A stretch of DNA of 50,804 nucleotides from Octopus bimaculoides (lineage: Eukaryota): contig NC_068987.1 of NCBI RefSeq assembly GCF_001194135.2, positions 63,189,667 through 63,240,470 of the forward strand, read 5' to 3'. The position numbers were made by a program, and so were the translations under genes. Below the pieces are notes generated by a model, which worked only from the letters and a program-made list of their open reading frames with translations, did no database searches and was not told the DNA's origin. Position 1 is the stretch's first letter. Every line of letters starts with the position of its first letter. Of this stretch, positions 48,215 to 50,804 are shown piece after piece.

Positions 48215-48455
48215 CATATTATTTCTCTTTATCACAGGTTTTGTTGGAGCTCCTGGAGTCTTACATGCGTAGGTAGCTTGCTACCTGCAGCTTACGGTAC
48301 CATGCTATTTGTTCTTTTCAGCTATCTAATACTTTCCTGATTATTCTGGTCGTACCAAGGAGTCAAACTTTTTGCAACAGTTCTACTGGGCACTCTCTTC
48401 TAATTTCCTTTATATTCCTCTTGATGCCTTCTGATATTGTTCCCAACGACCCAAC
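48215..48455 (-). mobile_element. R4/Dong subfamily 4, 5'-truncated 3' end
   Basis: GTISEGIKRNIKEI..ECPVELLQKV*LLGTTRIIRKVLDS* then a 3' UTR and degenerate AAT tail; (ATT)n array on its 5' side. Confidence 0.8.
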
Positions 48456-48459
48456 AATA

Positions 48460-48544
<85 letters not shown>

Positions 48545-48759
48545 TTTCATTTTATCCCTCATGTACAAGTACGTATGTTTTCATCATTATTTTATTTTAT
48601 TCCACTTTAGAAAAATTGAAGCATATTTTTGATAATTCCGGAGCGAATTGAGCCTATTTTGTGCGTGATTGTTGGCCTGCCTGTCTATAACATATATAAT
48701 GCAAAACACATAGCAAACTGCGATAGTAAATAAAACAGATAAAATTTTAAAAATTATTA

Positions 48760-48830
48760 TTTCTTTGCGGCCCGGTACCAAATGATCAGCAGCGAAGTTT
48801 TGATCCGCAACCTGGTGCTTGGGGACCCAT
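48760..48830. mobile_element. Possible hAT/Charlie terminal fragment
   Basis: GCGGCCCGGTACCAAATGATC...CCTGGTGCTTGGGGACCC resembles Charlie-type ends (GGTTGGGGACCCCTG). The other end was not found. Confidence 0.35.
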
Positions 48831-48859
48831 TCCATAATGCATCGCGTCCAAGGTTTTAA

Positions 48860-49020
48860 CACTGTTGATAATCCCTCGCTCTTAAACTGGGACTCATTTT
48901 ATCGACCCTATAGAATGAAAGGCAAGTTGACCTCAGAGGGATTTGAACTCAGGAGAAGAAAGAACTGGAATAAATACTGCAGAGCAGTATTTCATAATTT
49001 AATGCCGCAACGAACCTGCC
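48860..49020 (-). mobile_element. Old SINE family A
   Basis: TTTTATCGACCCTATAGAATGAAAGGCAAGTTGACCTCAGAGGGATTTGAACTCAG. Confidence 0.75.
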
Positions 49021-49925
49021 AATTTGTTTCTTTATAACACCACACAACAGCAACGATAAAAAAAAACAGCATAAACCAAAACTCTAAAACAATAAATTGA
49101 AATGAAAGGAAATGTAATAAAAGAACCCCCTGCACTTAATATGTCCTTAATAACGACAGCAAGAACAACAACAACAACGACGACGACGACGAAGACAACA
49201 ACAACAACAACAAACGCAAACATTACCCCCTCCACCAACGCCAATAAACAACAGACAGGAATTACCGACCACTTCTCTACGATATCCCACCCTAAGAATG
49301 CAGCAGAAAAAAATGCAAGCAAACAAGACATGAAACAAAAAACGAATAAAAAGATAAAAGCAAAACAACGACAAACCCATTTCATAACATAGCTTTCATT
49401 TACGGGGTATTCATGCATAATTGTCGTCATGTTACGCTATCAATAGATTTAAGATGGAAGATGAAAGACGATAGCTGAGAAGGAAAGACAAGCGGGGGTT
49501 AATATGTACGTCAAGCAAGTCTGATCCAGATATTTTAGGCTAGGCGATAAATAAATAGATACATAGCGAAAATATTATCAAATATGAATAAGATATAAAT
49601 ATTCGGGGCTATATTTAATTATTTTATTGTTTTTACATATGCTTTTTTCGCTTAATTTGATCTTATTTCAATATGTATGTGGTTTCACTATAACTTTCAT
49701 GTTTAAAATGTTTACAAAGAAAACGTTTTATGTTGGCTGTATTTTATTATCATTAATTTTTTTTCTTCATCAACCGTTTAATATTTTCTGTTAATTTCAG
49801 ATTGTATTTTTCTTTTTCCATTTCTTATTGAATTTTTACACTTCATATAATCATATGTTCAAATAATTGTCATAGTATATTTTGAAACTCTCTATTTTAG
49901 TTTCATGTACGAATCAATATATATA

Positions 49926-50804
49926 CAGGGTGCGATGGGTAAATTATCGCCATCTTATATTTTTAATTTCGCACATGCGCATTGTTTGCTTTTGATTTTG
50001 TCGACTACACAGTATAGTAGGGTCAGATGTGCACCATCTGTGAAAAAAACAGCACCATGACGCAATTCACGCTGCCAGAAATTTGAAAACAACATGCTAT
50101 ACTGCCGAGCATTCGTGCCGGAATCTCCAATACGAACATTTCTGAGTCTTTGGGTGTCAATCTGAGGACAGTGCAATCTGATGACATGTACCAAGAGTAA
50201 TAAAAATCAAACATCCAGTCAACATAATAGTGTCTGGAGTGATCACTAGTGATGGCGACGTTATGCCTCCATTCATCTTCCAACACAGCCTCAGACTCAA
50301 CACAGAGGCTTACGTCAAGTGCCTGGAGGAATTAGCACTGCCCTGGGTCAAGAGGGCAGCTGCTGGAAGACCCTGTCTGGCAACAGGACTCTGCAACATG
50401 CAGGGGAACCCAGTCATGGCTGTCAGACAATTTCTGCAACCACATCACCCCTAACATCTGGCCACCTAACTCCCTAGACGGGAACCCCTGCAACATCCTT
50501 GATTATTATGTGTGGAGCGCAGTTGAGCGAGAGATCAACAAAACTCCTTGTAATACCAGAAATGAAATGAAGGCAAGAATTATGGCAGCATTCACTAACT
50601 TAAACAAGGAGCCCGTCCAGAAGAGTTGCAGGAGATTCCGAAGTCGTCTGGAGGCTGTGGCTGAAGCCAATGGCGATTTTATTGAATAAATTTACTGTTC
50701 AGTATTTCAAGATATTTTTATGTAATTTTCGTAAATATATTTGTTAAAATGAGATATTAGTGTTATTTTCGTTTTTGCGTAATTTAGACGACAATTTATT
50801 CACC
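49926..50804 (+). mobile_element. Tc1/mariner superfamily, maT (DD37D)-type element, internally deleted; right TIR runs off the window end
   Basis: TA|CAGGGTGCGATGGGTAAATT ... ACAATTTATTCACC; GVITSDGDVMPPFIF..LNTEAYVKCLE..WQQDSA..IWPPNS.D.NP(L)DYYVWSAVE..RSRLEAVAEANGDFIE*. Confidence 0.85.

Noticed and set aside
48235-48265. Apparent plus-strand mini-exon (CAG|GTTTTGTTGGAGCTCCTGGAGTC...|GTAGGT) encoding GFVGAPG
   Set aside because: It lies in the antisense 3' UTR of the R4/Dong fragment, and the Gly-X-Y pattern breaks after three triplets.
49102-49392. 96-aa Thr-rich ORF
   Set aside because: Derived from (AAC)/(GAC) low-complexity repeats; no splice or homology support.

Overview
AT-rich, repeat-saturated eukaryotic draft-scaffold DNA with 13 N-gaps. 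The SINE families and microsatellite load look like an Octopus (coleoid cephalopod) genome; this is recalled from memory, not database-verified. I find no intact protein-coding gene, rRNA, true tRNA gene or CRISPR array. Almost all ORF-track entries are microsatellite, N-gap or repeat artefacts. The window holds: (i) about 30 tRNA-derived SINE copies from several modular families; (ii) decayed DNA transposons (Tc1, mariner, maT/DD37D, three hAT transposase fossils, hAT and mariner MITEs, a probable non-autonomous Helitron); (iii) non-LTR retroelement fragments (an RTE 3' end and seven R4/Dong-clade pieces with RT, CCHC and restriction-like endonuclease motifs, six of them sitting in or against (AAT)n arrays). 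The most interesting signals are a fully canonical type-I hammerhead ribozyme with a palindromic stem III (42807-42863, minus) and two near-canonical hammerhead variants (30722-30766 minus; 47188-47223 plus), each about 70-120 nt upstream of an AT/ATCT microsatellite as expected for Penelope-like pLTR or retrozyme modules. Also notable are a 182-bp spacer-less palindrome (24391-24572), a pre-miRNA-sized hairpin (27884-27958), a fold-back element whose left arm splits a SINE (8.7-10.3 kb), a strict strand-polarity rule for LINEs versus SINEs in (AAT)n arrays, and one candidate 81-nt exon (33484-33564, minus). Hammerheads in Penelope-like elements and TAA-targeting by Dong are established biology; whether these particular families are undescribed needs database searches.
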